Positions 1-12,545 of a stretch of DNA of 64,000 nt are shown here, piece after piece. The notes beneath the pieces are model-generated. The model made no database searches. It worked only from the letters and a program-made list of their open reading frames with translations, and was not told where the DNA came from. Both the position numbers and the translations under genes were made by a program. How positions within the stretch are numbered: the first letter of the stretch is position 1; each line of letters starts with the position of its first letter. The stretch is from NCBI GenBank assembly GCA_963693365.1, contig CAVNZM010000014.1, positions 2,418,001 through 2,482,000 on the forward strand, read 5' to 3'. This stretch comes from Amoebidium appalachense (Eukaryota; Protista; Ichthyosporea).

Positions 1-112
1 TCAAGTATGGGATGGTTGTGCGGGGCGTCCTTTTCGAGGGGGCGAAGGAGTGGAAAAAAGACAAACGGAGGTATGTTTATGCCGCGTCTCCATCATGAAA
101 TGGACGAGGGAG

Positions 113-144
<32 letters not shown>

Positions 145-236
145 AGGGGGGACCAAAAGATCAAATCGATGTCGGCATTTCTCGATCGTGACGTCATATT
201 TTTACCATGTCCGGACATAAACGATCATTTCATATA

Positions 237-764
237 CAGTCTCCTCTCGTTATAACCCCCTCCCCCCCCCTCCCCCCCCCCCCCCCCCCCCCCCCCCTGT
301 GTACAGCCCTAGGGGGGCGTCATATCGTGGGGGACGCTGTATCGAGGGGGACCAAGTTCGAAACCCGACAATCACCACCTTTTTTTTTCCTTTTTGGACT
401 ATGGTAATCATGGTTCTTGTTGTGTTTTTTGCTGTTTATAGTATTTTAGTGATATTAGGACTGTTTTTAGGACTATACACATTATATTATTGCTGGTACA
501 TATACGACGTTCCTTTAAGTCCACCTCTCTGCTCATGTCTGGGGACCCCCTTGATGAAGGGGGGACGCTACATCGCTGGTAATATACTATAGGATCATAT
601 GATGGTGTTCCACGCCAGCCTAGCGTTATACGTAATAACGTGGGGGGCGCTATATCGTAGGCCGTTTTCTATTCGATCAATAGAGAAGAGAGACGGTGAC
701 ATCCACGGGGTGTGTGATACCGGGGGGGGCTACACCGGGGGGGCGCTATAACGAGAGGAGACTG
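237..764. mobile_element. Tc1/mariner-pogo-like MITE (528 bp)
   Basis: Perfect 18-bp TIRs CAGTCTCCTCTCGTTATA (237-254) and TATAACGAGAGGAGACTG (747-764), each flanked by TA (235-236, 765-766). Internal GGGGGGCGCTATA-like subterminal motifs recur; no transposase. Confidence 0.85.
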
Positions 765-962
765 TATGGTAACTACCAATCAGTGCGCTCAATTTTATCG
801 GCTTCGGCTGGCCGTGAGCCACCATGTGCGCGGTCCACTGACGTCAGTTTCAAATCCGTGAAATCATCGATGACATCATGTGAATAATGAACTACGTCAT
901 AATCGAGAAAGGCCTACATAGACCTTAAAGGGGTGGCAATGTGTACTCAACATTTGAAAACT

Positions 963-994
<32 letters not shown>

Positions 995-1698
995 CCTAAC
1001 ATTAGCAAAACTGACTGTTTTTGGTGTCCTTTAAATTTGGAAAGCAGGCAGCAACACCGGTTCCCACTGGATACGGGAGAGGGGCGATGAAGCCAAACGA
1101 GCCTGAGGGTGAAAACCCCGTGCTATTTAAGAGGTGGGTGTGTGGGTAGGTGTGGCTGGGTGTGGGTGGGTGGGTGTGAGGATGGAATGGTGGGGGGGGG
1201 GGGGGGGGGGGGGGGGGAGAGGGAGGGGGGGGGGGGGGGGGGGGGGGGTGGGTGGGTGGGTGAGTGTGTGTTTGGGGGAGGCGGGGGGAAGGGGGGGGGG
1301 GGGGGGGGGGGGGGGGGGGTAGGAGCGATGGGAAAGTTAAACCGGTGTTTCTTTGTATATTCGGATGATTCGAATCGATAACACTTTGCCGAGTGAGAAC
1401 AGATAGTTAACAGGTGTACGTGGGCTGAACATTTTATGTTGACTGGCCGTGGGAAGTGGGTTGGGGGAGTGTGGCGTTGAGTGATAAAATTCTGTAGCCC
1501 AATCACACTCATTTGTTAAATTGCGCTTAAGCTGTAAGTATTTAAAGCTGACTTGATATGGTTTGCAAAAACACTTCCTTGCTTCCACAAACTTCGACTA
1601 CGTGAGTGCTTGCTTCCTTTCATTTCCAACATGCCCCGAAAATTCATTGTTGGTTTTTATGCTATCCCCATCACATTTTTGGCGTCTATCTAACATAG

Positions 1699-2074
1699 GG
1701 GGGATGGGTGAGCAGGAAACTCAACGATCTAATGGCTCAGATTGACTCGAGGCAGAAACTGGATGAAGACGTGGAAGATGTATTTGCCTCCCCCCCCCCC
1801 CCCCCCTCCCCGCCTCTTCCTCTCCCCCTCCCTAGTTCCTCCTTCTCCTCCCCCCCTCCTCTCCGGGTCCTCTGTCTGCCCCGCAACACACACACACACA
1901 CACTCACTCACTCACTCACTCACTCATTCACTCACTCACTCACTCACTCATTCACTCACTCACTCACTCTCACTCACTCACTCACTCACTCACTCACTCA
2001 CTCACTCTCACTCACTCACTCACTCACTTACTCACTCACTCACTCACTCACTCACTCACTCACTCACTCACTCA

Positions 2075-2106
<32 letters not shown>

Positions 2107-2622
2107 CACTCACACTCACACTCACACTCACACTCACACTCATTCCCTCACTCACTCACTCACTCACTCACTTACTCATTCACTCACTCAATCACTCATT
2201 TATTCAGATTTCCTTCTTCCCTGGGCAATTTCTACCCACCAGCATTTCACACTGCTTGACTCCTTTACTTTGCTGTTTTTTTCACATAGCCTCGTCTCTG
2301 CCTAACACGAATTGCCCACTCAGCTTTAAACGCAGTAATTTTTGATTTGGGATTTTGTATGCGAGTTGAAGGGTTGAAGCTCGGTACTGTGGGCTCTGGT
2401 TACATACTCGTTGTGTTTTCATATGGACATAGGGGTTGCTTGTTCTGGAGTACATTATGGTGCTACGTCCAGTGGAACATATTCTACTTCTCCCCAATCC
2501 TCCTCTGATGCATACATACCCCTCGCCTCCCCCTCCACGCCTTCCCCTCCCCCCCCTCCCCCCACCCTGCTACACACACACGTATGCACACACACACATA
2601 CACACACCTACCCGCACACACA

Positions 2623-2656
<34 letters not shown>

Positions 2657-2961
2657 CTTCCTCCTCCTATTGCCAACCACCAACTCTGCTGGTGTGAGCT
2701 TTATAGGACCAGGAAAGGCATTGACATGTGGTGGCTCTACTGCTCCTTTGGTGCATGTGTGTGTGTGTGTGTGCGCTTGCTCTGAGTGCCTGCATGCCTG
2801 TGTATGTATGTGTGTGCTTGCGCGCAATTGGCACTGGGGGGGGGGGGGGGGGGGTTCGTTACAATTGTCGCTGATGTTGGGTGATATAAATCTGAAGGCT
2901 TTGAAATGACATTCCTGACCTTCTCCTTCCTCTCCCCCCCTTTCCTCCCTGCTTCCTCCCT

Positions 2962-3015
<54 letters not shown>

Positions 3016-3764
3016 CTGCTGCAGGAATACTGTGAACATTTAGTGGAGGATGCAGTCCGTCACTCCTGTCTGCTTGCCCACCACCGGGGCTCATCCTCCC
3101 TCGAGCCAGAAGATATCACCTTGCATATTCGTAAACCCCCCCCCCCCCCCCCCCACCGCCCCATCCATCTCACCCCCACCTCCCACCCCCCTCCCCACCC
3201 TCCGGAGGATGGGCGTTGCTTAGGATGCATATTCTTTGTTATGCTGTGCAGAATTTGCATTTTGTTTTCCGTCATGAATGTATACTTCGTGCCCTGTAGC
3301 TCTGGCCGCCGCCAACACCACCAACACCACCACACACATACACACATACACACACAACGTTATGCAGGTTTGAGCATAACGTTATGCACGTTTCAAAAGA
3401 TTTAAATTGTAATAACTTGGGAACTGTTCAACCAAAATGCACCAAGTTTTCACAGTTAGTGTGTTGTTATACCCCCTGCACACGTACACTGCGATACCAG
3501 CAAAACAGTTTGATCTGCTCAAGCGATCACGAAAAAACATGAAAAAACTTTTTAAAAACTTTAGGTCAAATTTTTCGGTGAAATCCCTTCCAGTGCACAC
3601 ACACTTATATCAGTGCACACGCTCACGTGTATGTGTGTGCAGGGCAAAAGTGGCAGGTGCCAGCAGAGGGGGGGCAGGGGGGCCCAGTCAGGCCACGGTT
3701 AAGGCGCAATCGACCAAGGCCCTTCCAAGAGGTGCAGCATGCTGGCCCGGGAGTTAGGAGGTGA
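1699..3764 (+). CDS. TAF12: TFIID subunit 12-like histone-fold protein (spliced; N-terminus/start not resolved)
   Basis: Exons 1699-1779, 3016-3130 and 3643-3764 have GT-AG introns with consistent phases and give VSRKLNDLMAQIDSRQKLDEDVED|LLQEYCEHLVEDAVRHSCLLAHHRGSSSLEPEDITLHI|RQKWQVP...*. This follows the TAF12 pattern [64 protein letters not shown]. Confidence 0.75.
1885..2200. repeat. (CACT)n/(CACTCT)n microsatellite in TAF12-like intron
   Basis: Direct inspection of a ~300-bp tandem ACTC array. Confidence 0.95.
3356..3585 (+). mobile_element. Dispersed ~230-bp repeat, copy 1 (Helentron/DINE-like non-autonomous element suspected)
   Basis: Near-identical to 5269-5500. Starts with the hairpin AACGTTATGC-aggtttga-GCATAACGTT next to a (CA)n tract. 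The family assignment is inference. Confidence 0.6.
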
Positions 3765-4316
3765 CGAAGTAACATATGTGGTTAAAAGTAAAAATATCGG
3801 TTTAAGGTCTTATGTCGGTGATTCTCGTTATTAATATGGCAGTAATTTATACGTAATGGCTATAAATGGAGGTAGCACTATATATGGACAAAGCCAATCA
3901 TATACTATGAACCACTTATGGCGTAAAGCACGGAGCGAAACAAAAAGAGACAGTTTGCAAGTATTGCAAGCTTTCTTTGGCTTGAAGCGTATGTTACATG
4001 TGCGAAGTAGTCGGAGTTTTGTGCACTACACGGTCAGACTCTATATTTGGTCTTTTCTTGCATGTATGAATAATTATCTGAAAGCTCGAATGAAATTTAG
4101 TACAGCCCGTAATAAGTTCGTGTGTTGCTGTGATGCAATAATTACGTATGATGATGTAATTGCACCGGCTGTCTTCTGTCTCTAGGTGTGCACGATGTGT
4201 CTGCTCTATCATACCCGAGACTGGTCTCTGTACCTCGAGTAAACAACATAAACCCCTCTGCTATATCCACACACAATAATATAAGCTGCCCGAGAGGGGA
4301 GGGGAAGGGGGAGGGA

Positions 4317-4356
<40 letters not shown>

Positions 4357-4816
4357 GGATGGGGGAGGGGAAGGGGGGGGGGACGTGCACACACGTGTCA
4401 CGAGCACATGTGCACCAAAATATGAAGTGTACGACACAATGTCATCCGTGTGCGCGCAGGCCTTAACGAGACACATGTGGACACTGGGGCACATATTGCA
4501 ATGGGTTCAGCACGAATTCGTAGCACACACGTGTGCACACCGACTGGAACAACCTACGTACTACAAAGAACGTATGTATACATAACACGCATGCTCGCGT
4601 GCTCATATCAAAAACACGGCCGAGAGATCTAGATCCACACACACGGTATTATTACGTTCACCGAATTCAAGTTGATCATCCTAGAGACATTTGTTGTATT
4701 CGGATATTTTCTACACAACTTTGCAACGCCGTGCGGATGCTGCCACACAAACAACACATCGTACCGGATGTATCATTCGACACACCGTGACACCGTGGCA
4801 CATATGCATGCGCGCG

Positions 4817-4848
<32 letters not shown>

Positions 4849-4874
4849 CACACACACTGTCACACACACACCGT

Positions 4875-4926
<52 letters not shown>

Positions 4927-5268
4927 AGTCAACACACACACACACACACACAGTGTCACATTTATACGTTTACATGTACACATGATTGAGTATATTATTA
5001 AACATACACACAACACACACACCACTGTGTGGAAGATATGTAATATGACATGCTACACTGCTACTATAGCTGATTAAGCTAACAAATTGTACTCAGTCCG
5101 AGACTGAGTCCGAGAAATCCGAGACATCATAACGCTTGCCACACGTGCAGTCACTATCATAAGTTAAATAGCACACCAAGTCTTGTGACAACACAACAGT
5201 CACTGTGAAGGCACTTTAACGAATTTTTTGAGGCAAATTTACATTTACTAAGTAAAATTGCCACGAGT

Positions 5269-5500
5269 AACGTTATGCAGGTTTGAGCATAACGTTATGC
5301 ACGTTTCAAAAAATTAGAAATTTAATAACTTGGGAACCGTTCAACCAAAATGCACCAAGTTTTCACAGTTAGTGTGTTGTTATACCCCCTGCACACGCAG
5401 ACTGAGATACCAGCAAAACAGTTTGATCTGCTCAAGCAATCACGAAAAAAACACGAAAAAACTTTTTAAAAAACTTTAGGTCAAAATTTTCGGTAAAATC
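5269..5500 (+). mobile_element. Dispersed ~230-bp repeat, copy 2
   Basis: Near-identical to 3356-3585 and preceded by another hairpin, GGCAAATTTAC...GTAAAATTGCC (~5233-5262). Confidence 0.6.
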
Positions 5501-5852
5501 TCTTTGTGGTGAGAGTTAGTTAGAGCCTACCAATCAATAGTGTGATATCCCTCCCTACAGTATAGCTAGTACTAAGGGGCTGGGGCATAAAATTCTGACT
5601 AAGTGACAGTATATGCTACTAGTCAGTAGTTTAGAATAAATTTGGCAAATGTGCGTTTGCCTATAGCTGATTGCATCACTTAGTCTAGGCTCACCCTAGC
5701 TAGGATACAGTCTCACGACTTCGGTGCTCACAGTAGCTGGACTCCTCTTAGACGGTATACGAAGTTCCTACGAAACAAATAAAATTAAATTGAAATAATA
5801 ACCATTTGTGATTTGCAATTATGCAGCTATTTCAGTCACGTGCACCTTGTGA

Positions 5853-6440
5853 TCATTCTTTGTTTTTTGCCGGCTCGGTGGCAAGTGGATCCAACCCAGC
5901 ATCCATTTTCGCCGTCCTTACGAGCATATGAGCGGTCTCTTCGGGCACATATCTGAACGCGAGAGTCCTTTTCAAGCCCTCCAGTGCGTTTTGATATTTT
6001 GCCAACTCAGTTTTCAACGCGTTTTGATGTTGTGCCATCTCAGTTTCAAGCGAGGTTTTATATCTTTCCACCTCAGTTCTCAGCCGCTTTGTCTCTCCTC
6101 TCTCACGTTCAAGCTCTTGACCATAATCGTATGCACGCTTCCTTTCCATTCGAATGTCAGTATCCTTCTGTTGTGTTACAGTTGCCAAGTGGTTTTCCAA
6201 CGTTTTCTTTTCCTTCTGTAGCTTTTGCACTACTTCAGTGTGGAAGGGTGCATCGCGGTAGTATTGACCAGCCAAAAGTGCAAATGAAAGAATACAAGGG
6301 GAAACCCCAAACAAGGCCAATACAGCTGTGGTAGCTATCGCTCTGCCAAATCTCTTTCGAGCACTGTCCTCCTCGCTCATCGCAGGTGACTCAGGTGGTG
6401 GGACCGTAGACACAGTTATGATAGGTACAGGCTTAGCCAT
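5853..6440 (-). CDS. Hypothetical intronless protein, 195 aa, N-terminal TM segment + coiled coil
   Basis: High-complexity ORF with good Kozak context (AACACCATGG). It has a hydrophobic stretch AIATTAVLALFGVSPCILSFALLAG followed by a K/E/Q/R-rich heptad region with an internal repeat (SLETEMAQHQ/ALKTELAKYQ). No family recognised. Confidence 0.7.
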   Translation of the reverse strand: MAKPVPIITVSTVPPPESPAMSEEDSARKRFGRAIATTAVLALFGVSPCILSFALLAGQYYRDAPFHTEVVQKLQKEKKTLENHLATVTQQKDTDIRMERKRAYDYGQELERERGETKRLRTEVERYKTSLETEMAQHQNALKTELAKYQNALEGLKRTLAFRYVPEETAHMLVRTAKMDAGLDPLATEPAKNKE

Positions 6441-8160
6441 GGTGTTTGTTTGGTTAGTGAACGTTAACGTTAACGTTGTTCACTATGATAGTTCAGACGA
6501 CAAGGCTTGTATGTTATGGGTGAACTGATAGGATGTTTTTAACGCAATGGTGCAGAGTATTACGGCGCGTTGTCCCTATCTATGTACACACGCTATCAGT
6601 AGCCGGAAGACTTGCAATTGAATAATAAGGCTCGTGTCAGATGTACATACATATATGTGTCAACGGAGAAGCGAAGGTTAGCAGTTCTCAACTTCTTATT
6701 CCACAGCATACACAGCTGTAATCGCGAGGATAACGATTGGTGTCGGTGGATCAACATGATGGTTCAAGATCTGTTCAAAACATGATTACAGATCTAAAAG
6801 ATCTTCCTGGCAGCTTGCTTGCTGATTGGAGTTAAATCATGATGGCTCGTATGGCTGCAAAGCAAGACCTCTCCGGCACTCCTTGCTCTGCGCTACGTAC
6901 GTACTATATATATTGTAGTGCCTCCCCGTGTCTTCCTTCGTCATGGCATGTACGTGCATGTGCGTTCGGTGACGTGTGTGTGGGTGGGTGGGTGGATGTG
7001 GGTGGGTGTGCGTGAAATTAGTGTGCGTTTGTGCGTGTGAGCGTGTGTACAGGCGTTTGTGTGTCTGTGCGTGGGTATGTGCATGGGCCGTGATGATATG
7101 ATGCAGTGTGTGCTTGCGTGCTGCGACGTACATGTACACCATATGAGCTCAAGTGTCATCAAGTCTCCGTGACTGCACTAATATGATAGCCGCTCATAAA
7201 TTATACCTCGGGGTACCGGCTTACTTTATTATGATAATCAAAAAAAGTAGGAATATAATAAGTATTTCAAGTGTGACACGTAGGATGCCTGTGTGCTTGT
7301 ATTATCTACACTAATTAAGAAACTGTCCGTTTACACGATTGGCCAAAGGACAATACGGTTAAGCTGGCCAACCCCAGCCCAACCCTGATTAAAAATAGTC
7401 CTTCAATTATTAAATACGACCGTAAAGGGTGCCCAAATGTCCGATATTGTCGAAATACGATTAAGAGCGCCAAACCCTGGCAGCCCTGGAAAAGACCCGC
7501 CTTCAAGCGCACTGGCTGGCAGTCCGAGGCTCCCTGCCGCCTCCTTTTTTTTTTTTTTTTTTTTTTTTGTTGCAGGTGTAGTAGTGCCCTGCCACTTACA
7601 TAAGCCAGTGGGCCGGGTACATAGCCTTGGAGACTACCTTTCCTAGGCCACGTTAAAAATTCGTTACTAGACGTGTGCGTGAAGGTACGAGTAGCCGGCA
7701 CGTTATTTATGGTGTGTGTGCATGAAGATGACGTTTCCACAGACGGCAGTGTCTACACCATTAACATTGCCTCTTTTTTTATTCGGAACCTACTCGAAAA
7801 ACTACAACAGCAACCGTGAGTCTACACCCTGTTATCCCTCCTTTTCATGTGCTCATACTTCCTCCTTTACGTCTACTCCTGTTTTTCTTATATCACCATT
7901 TCTATCTTACCATGCATCCTTGTTCCCTATGTGATAGCTGACACGTACCACGGCCCTCTGAAAAGAGAGGGCCGTGCTACTGACGTGTTGCCGCACGTGC
8001 GACGTTATACATCTTCTCGGCTAATATTTTTAAAGACACACCCCTCCATCCTTCTATTAGACTTACATTTATTCGCACTTTTGTCTTCCCGGCATGTGAA
8101 TATGGTTTACCCCTTCTCGCCGCTTGGATCAAGAAAGAGAGAACTAGAGCGCTTAAACCC

Positions 8161-9030
8161 TTGGCAAATTTCCTTGAAGCAGAAGTTGCCTCCTTTCTAT
8201 CTAACAACTGTTGTAAACCTGGGCCTGTAACGCTCTCGATATATGGTCTGGTCCCAATAGCTGCTAGAGTATCCTATCTCGCGCTGAAATTCAATAAGCA
8301 CATAAGCCGCTTAAAGAAGTATTTGCCCTCCCACCCTCTCTTCTCTATCCGACCTGTCCCCTCCTCACCTCTCCCCTCTTTCCTCCCCTCTCTCTCCCCT
8401 TCTCCCCTGGGCACAAATACAAATAAACCCCGCAATAGTGTGTGTGTGACTTTGGACTGCCACTTACTTATTAAACATGTACACAATCACAAGATAATCA
8501 CGCAATATAACAAATGGAAAAAGATACCACACGACACTAGACCCGATGAAAGCATACACCTTGAAAAACTAAGCCTTATGTCTCGTTTTATATATACTGA
8601 CCGCCTCAACCATATTGCCAAATATGGCACTCGCAAGTGTATAACACCTAAATACATATTACCTTCCTGTAGAACTGGTCTTTCTCTAGCTGATGGTATT
8701 ATTGATCAATTACCACGCTTTTACTGTACACGTGCTATACAGTGGAGATCTAATAAGTATAAGGTGGCATCATTTGCATGCCCAAACAACACACACACAC
8801 ACCAGTTTAACCGGTCATGTATCGCCAAATGTAGTTTGATAGACCACATAATACCGCAACACACACACGTCACATTCACAACAGACACCCAGAAAGATAG
8901 CCTACCTGTAAATTACAACATCCTTGATTTTATACTAAACACGCGTAACTACGACCTGTTTATTAGATGTATTGATTGGCTTGAGAAACACATCACTACA
9001 AAATTATAGCGCACGCGCACACACACACAC

Positions 9031-9087
<57 letters not shown>

Positions 9088-9119
9088 CCAGCTGATACCG
9101 AGTGTCCCGAGGGGAGCCC

Positions 9120-9169
<50 letters not shown>
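8161..9169 (+). mobile_element. 5'-truncated non-LTR retrotransposon (LINE) 3' end with residual C-terminal ORF
   Basis: 282-codon ORF (8161-9009) with a Cys/His-rich C-terminus (ACPNN...CIAKCSLIDHII), then (CA)n, a short GC-rich stretch and poly(A) at 9124-9169. The 3' part is duplicated at 57281-57665. No RT motif is seen within the fragment. Confidence 0.6.
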
Positions 9170-9170
<1 letters not shown>

Positions 9171-9535
9171 GGGGAACCCCAACTAATTGATTTCTCCTTG
9201 TAGTCTTTATGGTGTCTCGTAGAGAAAGTAAACCCTGATATATAGTCACCACCCGACATCTATGTACGTGATCATGATATACCGCTGAGGGGATATTCCG
9301 AGCAAACCCCCCCCCCCCCCATACCTGAGACTGGTTCTCTTTGCCTCGAGTAAACAGCGTAAACCCCACATCTACTTGAGGACGCAAAACTTTACGTCAT
9401 TGCCACCCAGTCGTGACCTACGCCCAATCAGATCGCGCGGTAGTGGCAAATTTGATTTTGGCTGCGCGCGTGCAGAGTTCGGTCGTACCCCTACCTCGAA
9501 GCAACTTTTTAAAAATGCATAATAGAAAAAAAAAG

Positions 9536-9577
<42 letters not shown>

Positions 9578-9902
9578 AGACACCGCCTCAGTAGGTGGTA
9601 GATATGATAGTGTTCAAAGTAGATTCTGTGTAAGACGATTTTTTTGGCTGATACACCAAAACAAACGCACCCAACATTGCTTTCCCCTTACCAATGCTTT
9701 CTGTGTGCCTGCTGCCTGGGTGTGTGTGTGTAACGGTGGGGGGCCCGGGGGAAAGGGGGGGGGAAAGGGGTGGGGGGGGGGGTTGTCAGGCGGGGAGGGG
9801 GGGGGGGGGGGGGGGGGGGGCAGCGTGATGGCCGCCGCATCTGCAATCTGAAGGGTGGAGGGGGTGAGGGGGGCTTTCTGTGTGCCTGGTGCCTGGGGAT
9901 GT

Positions 9903-9934
<32 letters not shown>

Positions 9935-10587
9935 GGGGGGGGGCGGGGTGGGGAGGGGAGGGGGGGGGGGGAGGGTAAAGGAGGGAGGGAAGGGAGGGAG
10001 GGAAGGGAGGCTGCAGAGTGGTGGTCGCTGCATCTGCCATTGAAGGGGCGGGGGAGGGGGGGGGGGGGGGGGGGGGGAGGGCCTTGAGGGGTGGCGCCAA
10101 ACACCCGGTGGCAGTGCACCATGGTCACAGCCACCAACAAGTTGAACCTGTTTCACCTACGGCACCGGGTTGTGCCAATAAACTGTCCGTGGGGCGTGCC
10201 CCTTCTTCACAACATCCCTGAGAAGCTTTGTGTGGGCGTGTGATTGTTGTCTTTGCCGGAAATATTTGTCCGAGGGGGTGAAGGGGGGGAGGGGGGAGGG
10301 GGGGAGATTGAAACATAAGTGTACAGCAAGTCTAGACGATACACGCCGTGTGATAAAGCAAGCACACACACTTCCGCTTTCCTTAGGACTTGGACTGCCT
10401 GACTGGCGCCCGCTGCGTAGCGGGCGCCCAGACCTACTTGTATGAATGAATCATGTTCATATATCTGCGCACGTGCCCATATGCATGCGTGCAGGCATCT
10501 GTTTGCACCTTGTCACGGTGTGTGTTTGTGTGTGTGTGGGTACGTGTGCGTGTGTGTGTGCGTGCGTGCGTGTACGTGTGCGCGTGT

Positions 10588-10709
<122 letters not shown>

Positions 10710-10916
10710 ATGTGTGTGTGCAAACTCGTGCTAATTGCTGATGCCAACGTGGTGGTACGGTGCTGGGTGACAGTATGTCTTCGCTACATGTCTTCGCAGT
10801 GGCCGACTTCAAAAAAGTGCACCGGATGTGCACATGCCGCTGTACATGTACATACCGCATGTTCACTGGCAACACGGAACTTTTTGAGGTTGAGCACTCG
10901 GACACATAGACAGGTC

Positions 10917-10950
<34 letters not shown>

Positions 10951-11559
10951 GGGGGGGGGTACGAAGGCCTAGGGGTCACACTGATGTATCATATCAATAT
11001 CTCAACGAGTGGGTACTCGAGCTGAAAGAAATATCGATGCAATTGGGTAGAGTCTAGGGAGGGTGGATCCGGGGAAGTGCTGGGTGGGTGTGTGGGTCAT
11101 CGTGGGGTAAAGTTTTTTTTTTTTTTTTTTTTTTTTTTGGTGGGGGGGGGGGGGGGGGGGGGGGGGGACATAGCGTGCGGCCCCCAGTAGTGATAGATCA
11201 ATACTCTGCCTGCAGGCTCTCTTGTATATACAGTTCAACTCTTCAAAGGTTGGTGTCTAAACACTAGAAGTTAAAGCAACACCTTAATCGCACCATTCAG
11301 CTACACACATACTTCACCAAGGCATACAAAATTACCTAAGGACTGCCCCTATAAGGAGTCGATCTTTTCCAAAAGTTTCAAAGTAACAAAGGTTGGGGCA
11401 AAAAAAAAAAAAAAAAAAAAAAAAAAGCCGAAGAGAAAGACCGGTGGGAAAATACAGTTGTGAAAGAAGAAAAACATCAAAAGTTAAAGAACACTCCGTT
11501 CAAGAGGGAAATATTTTTTTTTCTTTTGACTGGATTTATTCGACGGAAAGATATGCAAG

Positions 11560-11897
11560 TATGCACGGCATACTGAGAAGACAATAAAAAACTTCACGAG
11601 TTATCCAGTAACAAGTGCATACTGAGATACCTGAACACTGTGTGAAAATCATATAAATACTCAATGTGACGACCAACAGAATTCAACAAAAAGTCTAAAG
11701 TGTTCACATTGCCAGCTAGTGTAGCAGATACCCGGAGGGAAAGAGGTAAAACGCGACATAAAAATTCACACCTATCAACATGCTTGCGATTAAAAAGGTC
11801 AGCACAAAAGTGGCACCAGCGGCGATGAAAACAAGAATTACAGTGCCACTGCACAACTTCCCAGGCAATATCAACATCAGAGCACCATCGAAGGGAG

Positions 11898-11946
<49 letters not shown>

Positions 11947-11960
11947 AAAAAAAAAAAGAA
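11560..11960 (+). mobile_element. Possible second, degraded LINE 3' end
   Basis: A-rich coding-like tract with CxxC/H fragments, ending CGAAGGGAGCCCC...poly(A). This resembles the CGAGGGGAGCCCC-poly(A) terminus at 9107-9169. Confidence 0.3.
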
Positions 11961-12545
11961 AAACATTATCTATCTACATTTTCTTTACATTGTCTACTTG
12001 ACCTTTCGGCCACACTGGTACAATTCGTGCTTTAAAATCTTATCTTTAAACACAAGTCAATCCGATTGTCCACATACATTGCCTAGCAGTTACAAACTCG
12101 AATAAATGAGGGTGCCCATGTGCTTCCCCTAAGGAGTTAAGACATGCCAGGCTCCAAATTACGTTTAACAAAGAATGATGAAAAAAAAAAAAAAAGAGGA
12201 AGAAACGAGAAAAAAAAAACCAAATTCCACAAATTTTTACACCATTCGCCCTCTCGGCCATGCTGGTACCTCAAGGCAACTGCACGGATGTGTCTATGTG
12301 TGCAATATTGTGGAAGCTCGAGTTGGCATTACGAATGTGTGCATTAGAAACACATCAAACATGCACATGTACTACAAAACAAGGAACAAAAGGGTTGAAA
12401 AAGTTATATATAAAAAAGGTCCCAAGCGTCGGAAACTCTGGATGTCCCTCGCCCACACACACTTAAACACAAAACACACGCAACACACACCCCCACACAC
12501 ACCCCCACACACCTACCCACACACACACGGAGACGCACACAGACC

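Noticed and set aside
925-1034. Kolobok-like mini element (TTAA AGG...CCT TTAA)
   Set aside because: The terminal match is only about 3 bp beyond TTAA, which is too weak to call.
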